Shown here: positions 47,952 to 57,802 of the stretch, piece after piece
How the letters are laid out: each line of letters starts with the position of its first letter
Numbering within the stretch: the stretch's first letter is position 1
Notes under the pieces: generated by a model
What the model saw: the letters and a program-made list of their open reading frames with translations, nothing else
What the model was told of the DNA's origin: nothing
Databases searched by the model: none
Position numbers and translations under genes: made by a program
Source: Spirochaetales bacterium
GTDB taxonomy: Bacteria > Spirochaetota > Spirochaetia > SZUA-6 > RPPD01
DNA: 64,000 nucleotides
Assembly: GCA_016934415.1 (NCBI GenBank)
Contig: JAFGSW010000086.1
Location: forward strand, 2,042 to 66,041
Reading direction: 5' to 3'

Positions 47952-50324
47952 ATGAATCGCATGAAAGGCATCGGCGCGCTGCTCAAGGCATTGACCCTGG
48001 AGGAAAAGGCCTCCCTCATCATCGGGGCCGGGAATTGGACCACGGCGGCCGTGCCCCGTCTCGGGATCCCGTCGCTCTTTCTGGCCGACGGGCCGCACGG
48101 CGTGCGCCGCGTCGTGGACGAGCAGGGGCTGGGCATTCCCGGGCTGCCGGCCACCTGCTTCCCCACCGCCTCCTGCCTGGCCTCGACCTGGGATACGGCC
48201 CTCGTCGAGGAGCTGGGCCGGGCCCTTGGCGGCGAGGCCAAAGCCCTGCGCGTCGACGTCCTGCTCGGGCCGGGCGTCAACGTACGGCGCACGCCGCTGG
48301 GCGGGCGCAATTTCGAGTATTTTTCGGAGGACCCGTGCCTGGCCGGGGAGCTCGCGGCGGCGTTCATCCGCGGGGTGCAGAGCCGGGGCGTGGGGACCTC
48401 GCTCAAGCACTACGCGGCCAACAACCAGGAGTACGAGCGCTTCACCGTCGACGCCGTCGTCGACGAGCGCGCGCTGCGCGAGATCTACCTCGCCGCTTTC
48501 GAGACCGCGGTGAAAAAAGGCGCGCCCCGCACCGTGATGGCGGCCTACAACCGGGTGAACGGCGTGCGCGCCTGCGAGCACGCCGCGCTCATCGACGGAG
48601 TGCTGCGGCGCGAGTGGGGTTTCGACGGGGTCGTCGTCTCCGATTGGGGCGCGGTCAAGGACCGGGTCGTCTCATTGAAAGCGGGCCTGGATCTGGAGAT
48701 GCCCGGCCCGCGAAAGGACCGTCGCCGCGCCGTGGTGAGGGCGGTCAAGTCGGGAGCGCTGCCTCCGCGCGTTCTCGACCGGGCCGTGAGGCGGGTTCTG
48801 CGCCTGGCGGCGGCCTGCGCCGCGACATCCAAGGGCGGCGCGACGGATTGGGAGGCCCATCACTCGCTCGCCCGCCGGATCGCCGGGGAGGGTTTCGTGC
48901 TGCTGAAGAACGAGGGCGTGCTGCCGCTCGGCGATCCCGTGCGCGTCGCCGTCATCGGCCGCTCCGCCCCCGAGCCGTACGTCCAGGGCGGCGGCAGCTC
49001 CCGCGTCGCCGCCCGCCGCGTCGACGTCCCCCTGGACGAGATTCGCGCCCGGGCGGGCGGGGCGGAAGTATCTTTCTGTGAAGGATACCCGGCGGGTCCG
49101 GTCATCGATCAAAGGCTCGTGGACGAGGCGGCCGAACTCGCCCGCCGCGCCGAGGTCGCTCTTGTCTTCATCGCCCTCGACGAATTCGTCGAGTCCGAGA
49201 GCTGCGACCGGACGACGACCGATCTCCCGGCGAACCGGGTCGCCCTCATCAAGGCCGTGTGCGCCGCCCAACCGCGGACGGCGGTCATCCTCGGGAACGG
49301 GGGTGTGGTGACGATGGAGGAGTGGATCGACGGGGCCCCGGCCGTGCTCGAGACCTGGATGGCGGGCGAGGCCGGGGCCGGGGCAATCGCCGACGCGCTC
49401 TGGGGGGACGTCAATCCCTCGGGGAAGCTCCCGGAAACCGTGCCGCTCCGCCTGGCCGACACGCCGGCCTTCATCAACTACCCCGGCGAGAACGGCCGGG
49501 TGCGCTACGGCGAGGGGTTATTCGTCGGATACCGCTATTACGATTACCGGGGCGCGCCGGTGCGGTTTCCCTTCGGTCACGGCCTCTCCTATACGACCTT
49601 CGAGTACGGCCGGCTTTCATTCTCGGAGACGTCGTTCAAGGACGCTGACGGCCTCACCGTTTCGTTCGAGATCGCCAACACCGGAACGCGGGCGGGGAGA
49701 GAAACGGCGCAGGTGTACGTCCGCGACGTCCGCGCCTCGCTCGCGCGGCCGGTTAAGGAGCTCAAGGCCTTCGTCAAGACGGCGCTCGAGCCGGGCGAGC
49801 GGAAGGCGATCTCGGTTCATCTCGATTTCCGCGCCTTCGCCTTCTACCATCCGGGACTCGGCCGCTGGGTCGCCGAGAGCGGCGAGTTCGAGATCCTCGT
49901 CGGCTCCTCGGCCGCCGACATCCGCCTGCGGGGCGCGGTGCGGCTGCGCTCGACCGCAGGCGAACCGAGTTTGCTCGCCCCCGGATCGTCGGTGCGCCTG
50001 TGGCTGGACGACGAGCGCGGCGGTCCGCTCGTGCGGCCGCTCGTGGAGAAAATCGAGGCCGCGCTCTCGAAGGAGGGTGGCGGCGGGATGCTGGGATTTA
50101 TCCTGGAATCGCCGCTCGAGCGCCTCCTCCGCCAGTGGGAGGAGCCGCTCGCCCTCAACGCCGACGAGACAATGGCGGATATCATGCGGCGACTTCACGG
50201 GAAGTTTTCCGCGCCAAAACAGCCACGGAGACCCGGAGGACACGGAGGAGGAAAAGGAAACAATAAGGAAGCCAGGAAACCAGGAAAAAGGAATCTAGGA
50301 AAAGGGATCCAGGAAAAGAAATAG
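47952..50324 (+). CDS. Glycoside hydrolase family 3 beta-glucosidase whose last ~20 codons and stop are supplied by a MITE-like element
   Basis: GH3 motifs (GFDGVVVSDWGAV; KHYAANNQE). The tail ...NNKEARKPGKRNLGKGIQEKK* is encoded by aataaggaagccaggaaaccaggaaaaagg... Confidence 0.9.
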   Translation: MNRMKGIGALLKALTLEEKASLIIGAGNWTTAAVPRLGIPSLFLADGPHGVRRVVDEQGLGIPGLPATCFPTASCLASTWDTALVEELGRALGGEAKALRVDVLLGPGVNVRRTPLGGRNFEYFSEDPCLAGELAAAFIRGVQSRGVGTSLKHYAANNQEYERFTVDAVVDERALREIYLAAFETAVKKGAPRTVMAAYNRVNGVRACEHAALIDGVLRREWGFDGVVVSDWGAVKDRVVSLKAGLDLEMPGPRKDRRRAVVRAVKSGALPPRVLDRAVRRVLRLAAACAATSKGGATDWEAHHSLARRIAGEGFVLLKNEGVLPLGDPVRVAVIGRSAPEPYVQGGGSSRVAARRVDVPLDEIRARAGGAEVSFCEGYPAGPVIDQRLVDEAAELARRAEVALVFIALDEFVESESCDRTTTDLPANRVALIKAVCAAQPRTAVILGNGGVVTMEEWIDGAPAVLETWMAGEAGAGAIADALWGDVNPSGKLPETVPLRLADTPAFINYPGENGRVRYGEGLFVGYRYYDYRGAPVRFPFGHGLSYTTFEYGRLSFSETSFKDADGLTVSFEIANTGTRAGRETAQVYVRDVRASLARPVKELKAFVKTALEPGERKAISVHLDFRAFAFYHPGLGRWVAESGEFEILVGSSAADIRLRGAVRLRSTAGEPSLLAPGSSVRLWLDDERGGPLVRPLVEKIEAALSKEGGGGMLGFILESPLERLLRQWEEPLALNADETMADIMRRLHGKFSAPKQPRRPGGHGGGKGNNKEARKPGKRNLGKGIQEKK
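50262..50300. repeat. Left terminus of a partial or truncated MITE-like element copy E5 overlapping the GH3 3' end
   Basis: AATAAGGAAGCCAGGAAACCAGGAAAAAGG. No convincing right terminus found downstream. Confidence 0.4.
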
Positions 50325-50645
50325 GGAAACTGAAAAGGGGAATGAAGGAAATAGATATGCTTATCGCTTTTTTACCGAAATCCTTCCCTGATTTTTCCAA
50401 AACTCTTCCTTTTTTTTTCAAGTTCCGATTATAGGTACGAGTGTATGGTGATTCGCATTCTCCAGACCGGATTATCTTTTCCATTTTTCTTCTTCTTTAT
50501 CCGTGTCATCCGTTCCTATCCGTGGTTCCCTCCCTCGTTGAATGAATGCCGCGAATTGTGTTCCCCCGCAAAATGCTATATAATGATGGCATCAACCGTC
50601 GGCATGAGCCGGACACCCGCACTTCCACCGGAGAAAGGAACGACG

Positions 50646-51836
50646 ATGATGACTGCTTTTTCCGCAACCAGGAAATACTTCTGCCTCGTCCTTGCGGCGG
50701 CGCTGTTTTTGGGCGCCGCGGGGGGGGCGTACGCCCAGGGGAAGGCCGTGAAGATCGGCTTCGTGAAGATCGAGAACTCGAGCGAAGACCCGCGCTACGA
50801 CTACCTCGAGGGTATCGTGAGCGGCACCCTGCTCTACGACCTGTCCAACGCCCCGGGACTCGTCGTCGTGGATCGGGCCTTGCTTGACAACATCCTCAAG
50901 GAGCAGGAGCTTATTTTAAGCGACCTGGTCAAGGCCGACAACGCCGTCCGCGTCGGGAAGATTCTCGGCGCCGACTACCTCCTCAAGGGCGATTACGTTT
51001 TCCTCGGAAACGAAATCCGGCTGAACGTCTCCATCATCAACGTGGAATCGGCCAAGACCATGACCTTCAAGGAGACCGGCTCCACGGAAAACCTGGTGCA
51101 CGCCGTGTGCGAGCGGATCATCGAGCGCCTCACGGGCAACCAGGTCGCCCTGCGCTCGGACGAGCACGACCGGTCGATCATCTCGCTCAAGGACGAGAAG
51201 CCCGGTTCGATCGGCCTGTTCTGCAACCTCATCGACGCCGAAATTTTCGTGGACGACCAGTTCGTCTGCTACTCCACGGGCAAGGCCAACGTGCCGAGCG
51301 AGCTCACCGGTCTGAAGCCGGGCAAGCACACGGTGCGCGTCCGCCTGACGGGCTTCGGCGTGGTCAAGGCGCCGGAGATCACCTTCTCCGACTGGCAGCA
51401 GGCGGTGGACGTGAAGCCGGGACAGCGGCAGGTGGTCCGCGCGCAGATAACACTTTTCACCTACCAGCTCTACGACCTGCAGAAGCTCCTCTCCGACCAC
51501 GTCCGGATCGAAGCCGCGGATTTCGGCAAGCCCTTCTCCAAGGAAATGGAATTCGAATACGTCGACCGCGCAAGCAAAAAGCACAAAGGAAATCTGAAGC
51601 TCTCGCTCGCCGCCGCGGAAGCGCAGGCCGAGCTCAAGGCCGAGCTCACTCTCGACGGAAAGAAACGTTCGTACTCGCTCACATGCCCGGCCAAGAAAAG
51701 GACGAAGAGCGATGAAACCTTCGGCAAGGTGGATATTAAACTTGAGTTGGACTACTACTATCCCGACCGTTATTGCCGAATAGAATATCGCGTCACGCGG
51801 AACGACATCAGCCAGGACATGTGGCACAAGGAATAG
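50646..51836 (+). CDS. Secreted protein with an N-terminal CsgG-like domain
   Basis: Start MMTAFSATRKYFCLVLAAALFLGAAGGAYAQG (signal peptide) with a GGAGAAAGGAA RBS; the ORF-track start at 50445 is an extension. Pattern VKIGFVKIEN...DRALLDNILKEQELILSDL...VGKILGADYLLKG...IRLNVSIINVESAKTM resembles the CsgG fold. Confidence 0.65.
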   Translation: MMTAFSATRKYFCLVLAAALFLGAAGGAYAQGKAVKIGFVKIENSSEDPRYDYLEGIVSGTLLYDLSNAPGLVVVDRALLDNILKEQELILSDLVKADNAVRVGKILGADYLLKGDYVFLGNEIRLNVSIINVESAKTMTFKETGSTENLVHAVCERIIERLTGNQVALRSDEHDRSIISLKDEKPGSIGLFCNLIDAEIFVDDQFVCYSTGKANVPSELTGLKPGKHTVRVRLTGFGVVKAPEITFSDWQQAVDVKPGQRQVVRAQITLFTYQLYDLQKLLSDHVRIEAADFGKPFSKEMEFEYVDRASKKHKGNLKLSLAAAEAQAELKAELTLDGKKRSYSLTCPAKKRTKSDETFGKVDIKLELDYYYPDRYCRIEYRVTRNDISQDMWHKE

Positions 51837-51873
51837 CAGGCTGTTGAAAAAGTTGAGCTTTTTCAACAGCCTG
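51836..51873. repeat. Palindromic hairpin H4 overlapping the last base of the TAG stop of the CsgG-like gene
   Basis: gcaggctgttgaaaaag-ttgag-ctttttcaacagcctg. 16-bp stem, no trailing T-run. Confidence 0.7.
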
Positions 51874-51900
51874 ATGGAACGATATATTGTCGCGTTCAAG

Positions 51901-51932
51901 GCCCGCCGCGAAACGTGCGGGCTTTTTTTTTT
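51901..51932 (+). terminator. Rho-independent terminator
   Basis: gcccgc-cgcgaaacgt-gcgggc followed by a T10 run. Confidence 0.7.
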
Positions 51933-51942
51933 ATGAAAATAC

Positions 51943-51975
51943 TATAAGGAATCCAGGAGATAAGGAAGCCAGGGA
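51943..51975. repeat. Solo duplicated MITE-terminus motif E6
   Basis: ctATAAGGAATCCAGGAgATAAGGAAGCCAGGGaaaaaa. Confidence 0.35.
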
Positions 51976-52546
51976 AAAAAGACCGAAAAAAGCCGATTCC
52001 CGTCAGTCATAAAACTTCTCAGTTGGTGTATTATTTCTGAATAAAATAAAAATGTACGGGAAGCGCGCTGAAACTGCGGGTGTGAAAAACGGCACGACAG
52101 TGGCATTGCAGTTTTCGAAACGGAGAGACCGGACCTATGTTTTTTCGCGACTGCCGCGCCGGAGCTTGTGGGATTTTCCCCGTCGCGTTGTGCAGTTGAT
52201 CGGACAAGGATCGCACCCCGGTCCGAAAATTGATGACCCGACCGTCCCTCGGCGGGTTAATATACCAGGCACCGGTCGGGGCCCCGTCTTCCGGGGCACC
52301 CCGTCCCTGAGGGATCCCGTCCCCGGTTCCCCGGCCGGTTTTTTTTCACCGCCTTGACGAACACCGTTATTTCCCTCCACTATTGAACCGCGCCGTCTTG
52401 AATCGTTGTGTGCGTCGGTCGGGTTCGGGGCGGTGCAATGCCGTCCGGAACCCGGTGCCGGCCGGAAACGGCGGATTGACAGGTGAGGGGAAATTCATTA
52501 GTTTCATTCCCTGATCCGTCGCAGCGAAAGCCTCCATGGAGCATGT

Positions 52547-53290
52547 ATGCACAAGAAAGAACTCGACACGACGCTCGTCTTGATAAAACCCGACGCGCTC
52601 AAGAACTCGCTCACGGGCTACATCCTCTCCCAGCTCTCGGAATTCAACACCGGGCTGCGCTTCGCCGGCATGAAGGTCGTGCAGGTCAACAGGATTCTCG
52701 CCGAGGAGCATTACGCCGAGCACCGCGGCAAGGTGTTCTACCCGCCGCTCATCGACTACATCATGGGCCTGGCCCATTATCCGAATACTCCGGACCGGCG
52801 CCGCGTCATCGCCATCGTCTACCAGGGGCCGAACGCGGTCCCGAAAATCAGGCAGATCGTCGGCTCCACCGATCCGCATTGCGCGCGCGAAGGCCAGCCC
52901 GGTTCGATTCGGGCCCTGGGCATGATCGTCCACCTGCGCAATGAAAAAGGCGAGGTGATCGGCCAGCGGATGGACAACCTCATCCACGCCTCGGCCAATG
53001 CCGCGGACGCCGAGCGCGAGATCAAGCTCTGGTTCAAGCCCAACGATATCCCCCCCCGCCTCCATCCCTTCCCCACCCGGCAAAGCGAAAAACATTATTA
53101 TTACAAAGTGAAGCGTCTTTTTACCTGTTACGAGCCGGAGAGCGTCTGTATTTTCGCGCCGGGCGACGAGGCCTGGGAATCGGATCTCGATGTGCTCGAA
53201 AAAATCGATCGCGGCAAAAAACCGGCCTATCCGCTCGAGACCGTGGTCGCCAAGTACCTGAGCAACGAAGCGCGGGGCATGAATCTCTAG
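52547..53290 (+). CDS. ndk: Nucleoside diphosphate kinase with a ~100-aa C-terminal extension
   Basis: TLVLIKPDA ... NLIHASANAADAEREIKLWF (NxxHxSD active-site histidine region). 247 aa against the typical ~140-150 aa. Confidence 0.9.
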   Translation: MHKKELDTTLVLIKPDALKNSLTGYILSQLSEFNTGLRFAGMKVVQVNRILAEEHYAEHRGKVFYPPLIDYIMGLAHYPNTPDRRRVIAIVYQGPNAVPKIRQIVGSTDPHCAREGQPGSIRALGMIVHLRNEKGEVIGQRMDNLIHASANAADAEREIKLWFKPNDIPPRLHPFPTRQSEKHYYYKVKRLFTCYEPESVCIFAPGDEAWESDLDVLEKIDRGKKPAYPLETVVAKYLSNEARGMNL

Positions 53291-53472
53291 TCCTTGACGA
53301 AGCGCCGGCGAATGATTACATTATTGTTTCGAATTTGAACTGATTAATCCCGGAAAATATCATTTTCCTGATTTTTACTTTCGGAGCAACGACCGGACCC
53401 TTCATGTGCGAGACGGGAGCTCGGCGGGTGTCCGATAAAACGCCCATGAAAGACGAATAGAGCGGCAGACAC

Positions 53473-55545
53473 ATGAACATCTCACGCATGAGGAACATAG
53501 GCGTCAGCGCCCACATCGACTCGGGCAAGACCACCTTAAGCGAGCGTATCCTCTATTACTGCAAAAAGATCCACGCCATTCACGAGGTGAAGGGCAAAGA
53601 CGGCGTCGGCGCCACCATGGATTCCATGGATCTGGAGCGGGAACGCGGCATCACCATCGCCTCCGCCGCCACCAATGTGGAATGGAAAGGGCACTCCATC
53701 AACATCATCGACACGCCCGGCCACGTCGATTTCACCATCGAGGTGGAACGGGCCCTCCGCGTTCTGGACGGCGCCGTGCTCGTCCTGTGCGCGGTGGGCG
53801 GAGTGCAGTCGCAGTCCATCACGGTCGACCGGCAGCTCAAGCGCTATTCGGTGCCGCGACTCGCCTTCGTGAACAAGTGCGACCGGGTCGGCGCCGATCC
53901 CTACAAGGTCCGCGACCAGCTCGAGGAGAAACTCGGCCTGAACGCGGTCATGCTGCAGCTTCCCATCGGTCTGGAAGACAAGCTCTGCGGTATCGTCGAC
54001 CTCGTGCGCATGAAGGCCGTCTATTTCGAAGGGCCGCACGGCAACGACCTTCGGGAAGACGATATTCCGGCGGACATGGCGAAACTGGCCGCGGAGAAGC
54101 GCGAGGAGCTCATCGACAAGGCGTCGCTGTTTTCCGACGAGTTGGCCGCGAGCTACCTGGAGGGAACGGTCACCGAGGCGCAGCTCAAGGCGGCGGTGCG
54201 CAAGGGCACGCTCTCGCTCAAACTCGTGCCGGTCTTCATGGGCTCCGCTTACAAGAATGTCGCAGTCCAGCCCCTTATTGACGCGGTCATCGACTTTCTC
54301 CCCGCGCCCGACGAGATCCCGGCCGAAGCCCTCGATCTCGACAAGAACGAGGCGACGGTGACGCTGGCCGCCGTCAACGACCGCGAGCCCGTCGCCCTCG
54401 CCTTCAAGCTTGAGGACGGCCAGTTCGGCCAGCTCACCTATATCCGCATCTACCAAGGCTCCATCGGCAAGGGCACCGAGCTTTATAATACGCGCTCCCG
54501 GCGCAAGGTCCGGGTCGGGCGTCTCGTGCGCCTGCACGCGGACAGCATGGAGGATATTGAGCGCGCCGAAGCGGGCGACATCGTCGCCCTGTTCGGCATC
54601 GACTGCCACTCGGGAGACACGTTCACCGGCGGGAATCTCAACTACGCGTTGAGCTCCATGTTCGTGCCCGAGCCGGTCATTTCCCTCGCGGTCAAGCCCA
54701 AGGACAAGAAAGCCGAGGAGAACATGTCCAAGGCCCTCAATCGCTTCTCCAAGGAGGATCCCACCTTCCGCACTTTCGTCGATCCCGAATCGAACGAAAC
54801 CATCATCAAGGGCATGGGGGAGCTCCACCTCGACGTCTATCTCGAGCGCATGCGCCGCGAGTACAAGGTCGAGCTTGAGACCGGCGCGCCGCAGGTCGCC
54901 TACCGGGAGACGATCGCCCGGAAGGCCGAGTTCGACTACACCCACAAGAAGCAGACCGGCGGTTCGGGACAGTACGGCAGGGTGGCCGGATTCATCGAGC
55001 CGAACACCGAATCCGATTACGAGTTCGTGGACGAGATCAAGGGCGGCGCCATCCCGCGCGAGTTCATACCCTCCTGCGACAAGGGCTTCCGGAAGTGCCT
55101 CAACCGGGGAAGCCTCATCGGTTTTCCCATCGTCGGCGTCAAGGTGACGATCAACGACGGCAGCGCCCACGCCGTCGACTCCTCGGACATCGCGTTCCAG
55201 CAGGCCGCCATCGGCGCCTTCCGCGCCGCCTACTCCAAGGCCAAGCCGGAGATCCTCGAGCCCATCATGCGCGTCACGGTGGAGACGCCGGTCGACTACC
55301 AGGGCAATGTTTTCTCGAGCATCAACCAGCGCCGGGGCATCATCCTTGCCACCACCGAGGACGTCCGCTTCTCCAAGATCGAGGCGGACGTGCCGTTGAG
55401 CGCCATGTTCGGCTACGCCACCGTGCTCCGCTCCCTGTCCCAGGGGAAGGCGGAATTCACGATGGAGTTTCTGAAGTACGGCAAGGTGCCGGCGAGCATC
55501 CGCGAAGAGCTCATTGAGACCTTCGCGTCTCGGAAAAAATCATAG
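53473..55545 (+). CDS. fusA: Elongation factor G (stand-alone copy, not in an rpsL-rpsG-fusA-tuf context)
   Basis: [22 protein letters not shown] ... DTPGHVDF ... NKCDR. 690 aa. Confidence 0.95.
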   Translation: MNISRMRNIGVSAHIDSGKTTLSERILYYCKKIHAIHEVKGKDGVGATMDSMDLERERGITIASAATNVEWKGHSINIIDTPGHVDFTIEVERALRVLDGAVLVLCAVGGVQSQSITVDRQLKRYSVPRLAFVNKCDRVGADPYKVRDQLEEKLGLNAVMLQLPIGLEDKLCGIVDLVRMKAVYFEGPHGNDLREDDIPADMAKLAAEKREELIDKASLFSDELAASYLEGTVTEAQLKAAVRKGTLSLKLVPVFMGSAYKNVAVQPLIDAVIDFLPAPDEIPAEALDLDKNEATVTLAAVNDREPVALAFKLEDGQFGQLTYIRIYQGSIGKGTELYNTRSRRKVRVGRLVRLHADSMEDIERAEAGDIVALFGIDCHSGDTFTGGNLNYALSSMFVPEPVISLAVKPKDKKAEENMSKALNRFSKEDPTFRTFVDPESNETIIKGMGELHLDVYLERMRREYKVELETGAPQVAYRETIARKAEFDYTHKKQTGGSGQYGRVAGFIEPNTESDYEFVDEIKGGAIPREFIPSCDKGFRKCLNRGSLIGFPIVGVKVTINDGSAHAVDSSDIAFQQAAIGAFRAAYSKAKPEILEPIMRVTVETPVDYQGNVFSSINQRRGIILATTEDVRFSKIEADVPLSAMFGYATVLRSLSQGKAEFTMEFLKYGKVPASIREELIETFASRKKS

Positions 55546-55564
55546 AGGCAGAGGGGAGGGCGGT

Positions 55565-56272
55565 ATGCTCAAAAACGAACTGATCAAAAACAGCCCGTTG
55601 CGGATTCTCGAGAAATCGGTCCACGGCGGGGTAGGGCGGGGCAACATCGGCGTCCTGGCGGCGCGCCAGGGGGTGGGGAAAACCGCCTGTCTGGTCCACA
55701 TCGCCACCGACAAGCTGTTCCAGGGCAAGCACGTCATCCACGTTTCCTTCGCCGCCTCGCCGTCTCACATCATCTCCTGGTACGAGGACATCTTCGAGGA
55801 ACTGTCCCGCAGGCTCAACCTGGAAAACGCCATGGATGTCCACGACGAGCTCGTGAAGAATCGCGTCATCATGAACTTCAACCAGGAAGGCGTACCGATC
55901 GAGAAAGTGGCCGCCTCGCTGCGCTCGATGATCAAGGACGGGGGATTTTCCACCGACTGCCTTATCATTGACGGATATGATTTCGAAAGGGGCTCACCGG
56001 CGGACTTCCTCGTCCTTAAGCAACTCGCCGCCGACCTGGAGCTCGAGATATGGTTTTCCGCGTCCTTGCGGGAAAAAGAAGTCTCCTTCGACGCGCAGGG
56101 CTTTCCCGCCCTTCTCACGCCCTACGTGGAGCATATCGCCGTGTTCATTTACCTGAAATCGGAGGAAGGCGTCATCCGGCTGGAGTTGAAGAAGGACCAC
56201 GAGCACATCCCCCAGGCCGACCTGCATTTGAAGCTCGACCCCAAGATTCTTCTGATCATGGATGACAAGTAG
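55565..56272 (+). CDS. RecA-superfamily (KaiC/RadA-like) single-domain ATPase, hypothetical
   Basis: Start MLKNELIK with a GGGGAGGG RBS; overlaps the fusA stop region. Walker A VLAARQGVGKTACLVHIA and Walker B DCLIIDG. Confidence 0.55.
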   Translation: MLKNELIKNSPLRILEKSVHGGVGRGNIGVLAARQGVGKTACLVHIATDKLFQGKHVIHVSFAASPSHIISWYEDIFEELSRRLNLENAMDVHDELVKNRVIMNFNQEGVPIEKVAASLRSMIKDGGFSTDCLIIDGYDFERGSPADFLVLKQLAADLELEIWFSASLREKEVSFDAQGFPALLTPYVEHIAVFIYLKSEEGVIRLELKKDHEHIPQADLHLKLDPKILLIMDDK

Positions 56273-56337
56273 GCGAACGCTTCCGTTTTTCCCAAAAATC
56301 AGATACATTTGAGTTGCCGGAAGCTTTCGGAGGCGCT

Positions 56338-56670
56338 ATGAAATCTTCGCGGAGGCACAAGTCATTTTCATTGCGCGAAGACGCGGTTAAACAGGGCCGG
56401 GCGATGGTGAGGGTGATATCTCTGGCGACGCGGGAGCCGGCCACCATCGGCGTGTGCCCGGCGTGCTTCAATCTCAAAAAAAGGCGGGAGGTCCTTCTCG
56501 CCAGGCTTTTAAAAATGGGATATGAGGTCGTGCACCCGTCCGACCGGCTTGACGGAATCTACCGCCCGGGACGGGGCCATGCCCCGGGCTGCCGGTCCGG
56601 CTGCCTGGGCGGCGACGACTGGGAAGAGTTCGCCCGGGCGTTGGGAAGGTCGAAGAAGAGGCCGGGCTGA
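56338..56670 (+). CDS. Small hypothetical protein with a CxxC ... CxxxC putative zinc ribbon
   Basis: GGAGG RBS then MKSSRRHK... Contains GVCPAC and PGCRSGC. Confidence 0.4.
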   Translation: MKSSRRHKSFSLREDAVKQGRAMVRVISLATREPATIGVCPACFNLKKRREVLLARLLKMGYEVVHPSDRLDGIYRPGRGHAPGCRSGCLGGDDWEEFARALGRSKKRPG

Positions 56671-56718
56671 CGAGCGGAGACCGCCGGGCATTCGTGATGT
56701 GGGAAGCGGGGATCGGTC

Positions 56719-57396
56719 ATGAGAGGTTGGTCGCTCCTTGAGCGGATCGTCAGAGCTTTCTTCCCGAGGATCGCTTTCCACTCGCGGTCTGACAATTTCG
56801 CCAGGCCCGCCATTTTCGTCGCCAACCACGAAAACGCCTTCGGTCCCATCGCTACCTACTTGTATTTTCCCGTCCGGGTCCATCCCTGGGTGATGTTCGA
56901 GCTCACCGAAAAAGGCGCCTGCGCCGCGTATCTGGCGAGGGAATTCTTCCAGAGAGAGCTTCGTCTCCGGCTGCCCTGTTCCCGTCTCCTCGCGCGCCTC
57001 ATCGAGCCCGTGTGCATCGCCCTGTTCCGCCGCATCGGGGCCGTGCCCGTGTACCACAACAGCCGCCGGATCATCGAAACGGTATCCCGGAGCATCGTCC
57101 TGCTCGAAGAGGGCGAGCACCTCATCGTTTTCCCGGAAATACCGGAAGCCGCCCTGAACCGCTACATCAACCGGTTCAACACCGGCTTCCTGGAGATCGT
57201 GAAATCGGCCGACCGCGACGGGGGGAGCCATATCCCCATCTACCCGGTCTGCATCGACCGGCGGCGCCGTCTCATCCGGGTGGGCGCGCCGCTGCAGTTC
57301 GATTATTCCCGTAATTTCGTTTTGGAAAAACAGCGGATGAAGCGGGAGATCGAGAGGGCGATTACGCTCATGAAGGCGAAGCTCGGCGGGGAGTAA
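56719..57396 (+). CDS. Divergent lysophospholipid (PlsC-like) acyltransferase-family protein
   Basis: FVANHENAFGP (NHx4-like block lacking the usual Asp), VFPEIPEA (FPEGTR-like), IPIYPVCI blocks. Confidence 0.5.
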   Translation: MRGWSLLERIVRAFFPRIAFHSRSDNFARPAIFVANHENAFGPIATYLYFPVRVHPWVMFELTEKGACAAYLAREFFQRELRLRLPCSRLLARLIEPVCIALFRRIGAVPVYHNSRRIIETVSRSIVLLEEGEHLIVFPEIPEAALNRYINRFNTGFLEIVKSADRDGGSHIPIYPVCIDRRRRLIRVGAPLQFDYSRNFVLEKQRMKREIERAITLMKAKLGGE

Positions 57397-57466
57397 GGCG
57401 TTGTCAATTTATGTTAAGCCATCGTGTGAGTATCAATCAATTACGAAAGAGGACACGCAACAAAAA

Positions 57467-57802
57467 TCAGGCGGGGGGAGATCCGGAGGCGGCCTCGTCC
57501 TTGCCTTGGCGGTTCTGGCCCGAGGCTTTTCCCCACCTGAAGACCGCCAGGGCGATGACGGCGCAAAGACCCAGGCCGATGATGATTTTTTCCGGAGAGA
57601 AAGGATTGTCTCCGACCGTTTGGGGGCCGGCGGCGGGAGGCTGCGCCGCGGCGGCGGCTACGGGACGGGGGTTCGATACAAGGGGTGCGGCGTCGGGTTT
57701 TTGAGCGCTGACGCCCGTCTTTTCTTCCGCGCGCAGGGACGCCAGGCTGAAGGCGGAAACGACCGCCAGCGACAGGACGACGACCAACACCGATTTCATC
57801 AT
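57467..57802 (-). CDS. Small exported/membrane protein (signal peptide plus C-terminal TM), divergent from the two-component operon
   Basis: MMKSVLVVVLSLAVVSAFSLASL ... IIIGLGLCAVIALAVF. GAGGAGG RBS 5 nt upstream. Confidence 0.45.
   Translation of the reverse strand: MMKSVLVVVLSLAVVSAFSLASLRAEEKTGVSAQKPDAAPLVSNPRPVAAAAAQPPAAGPQTVGDNPFSPEKIIIGLGLCAVIALAVFRWGKASGQNRQGKDEAASGSPPA

Noticed and set aside
50182-50484. 100-aa minus ORF between GH3 and the CsgG-like gene
   Set aside because: Lies in repeat/AT-rich DNA and has low complexity.
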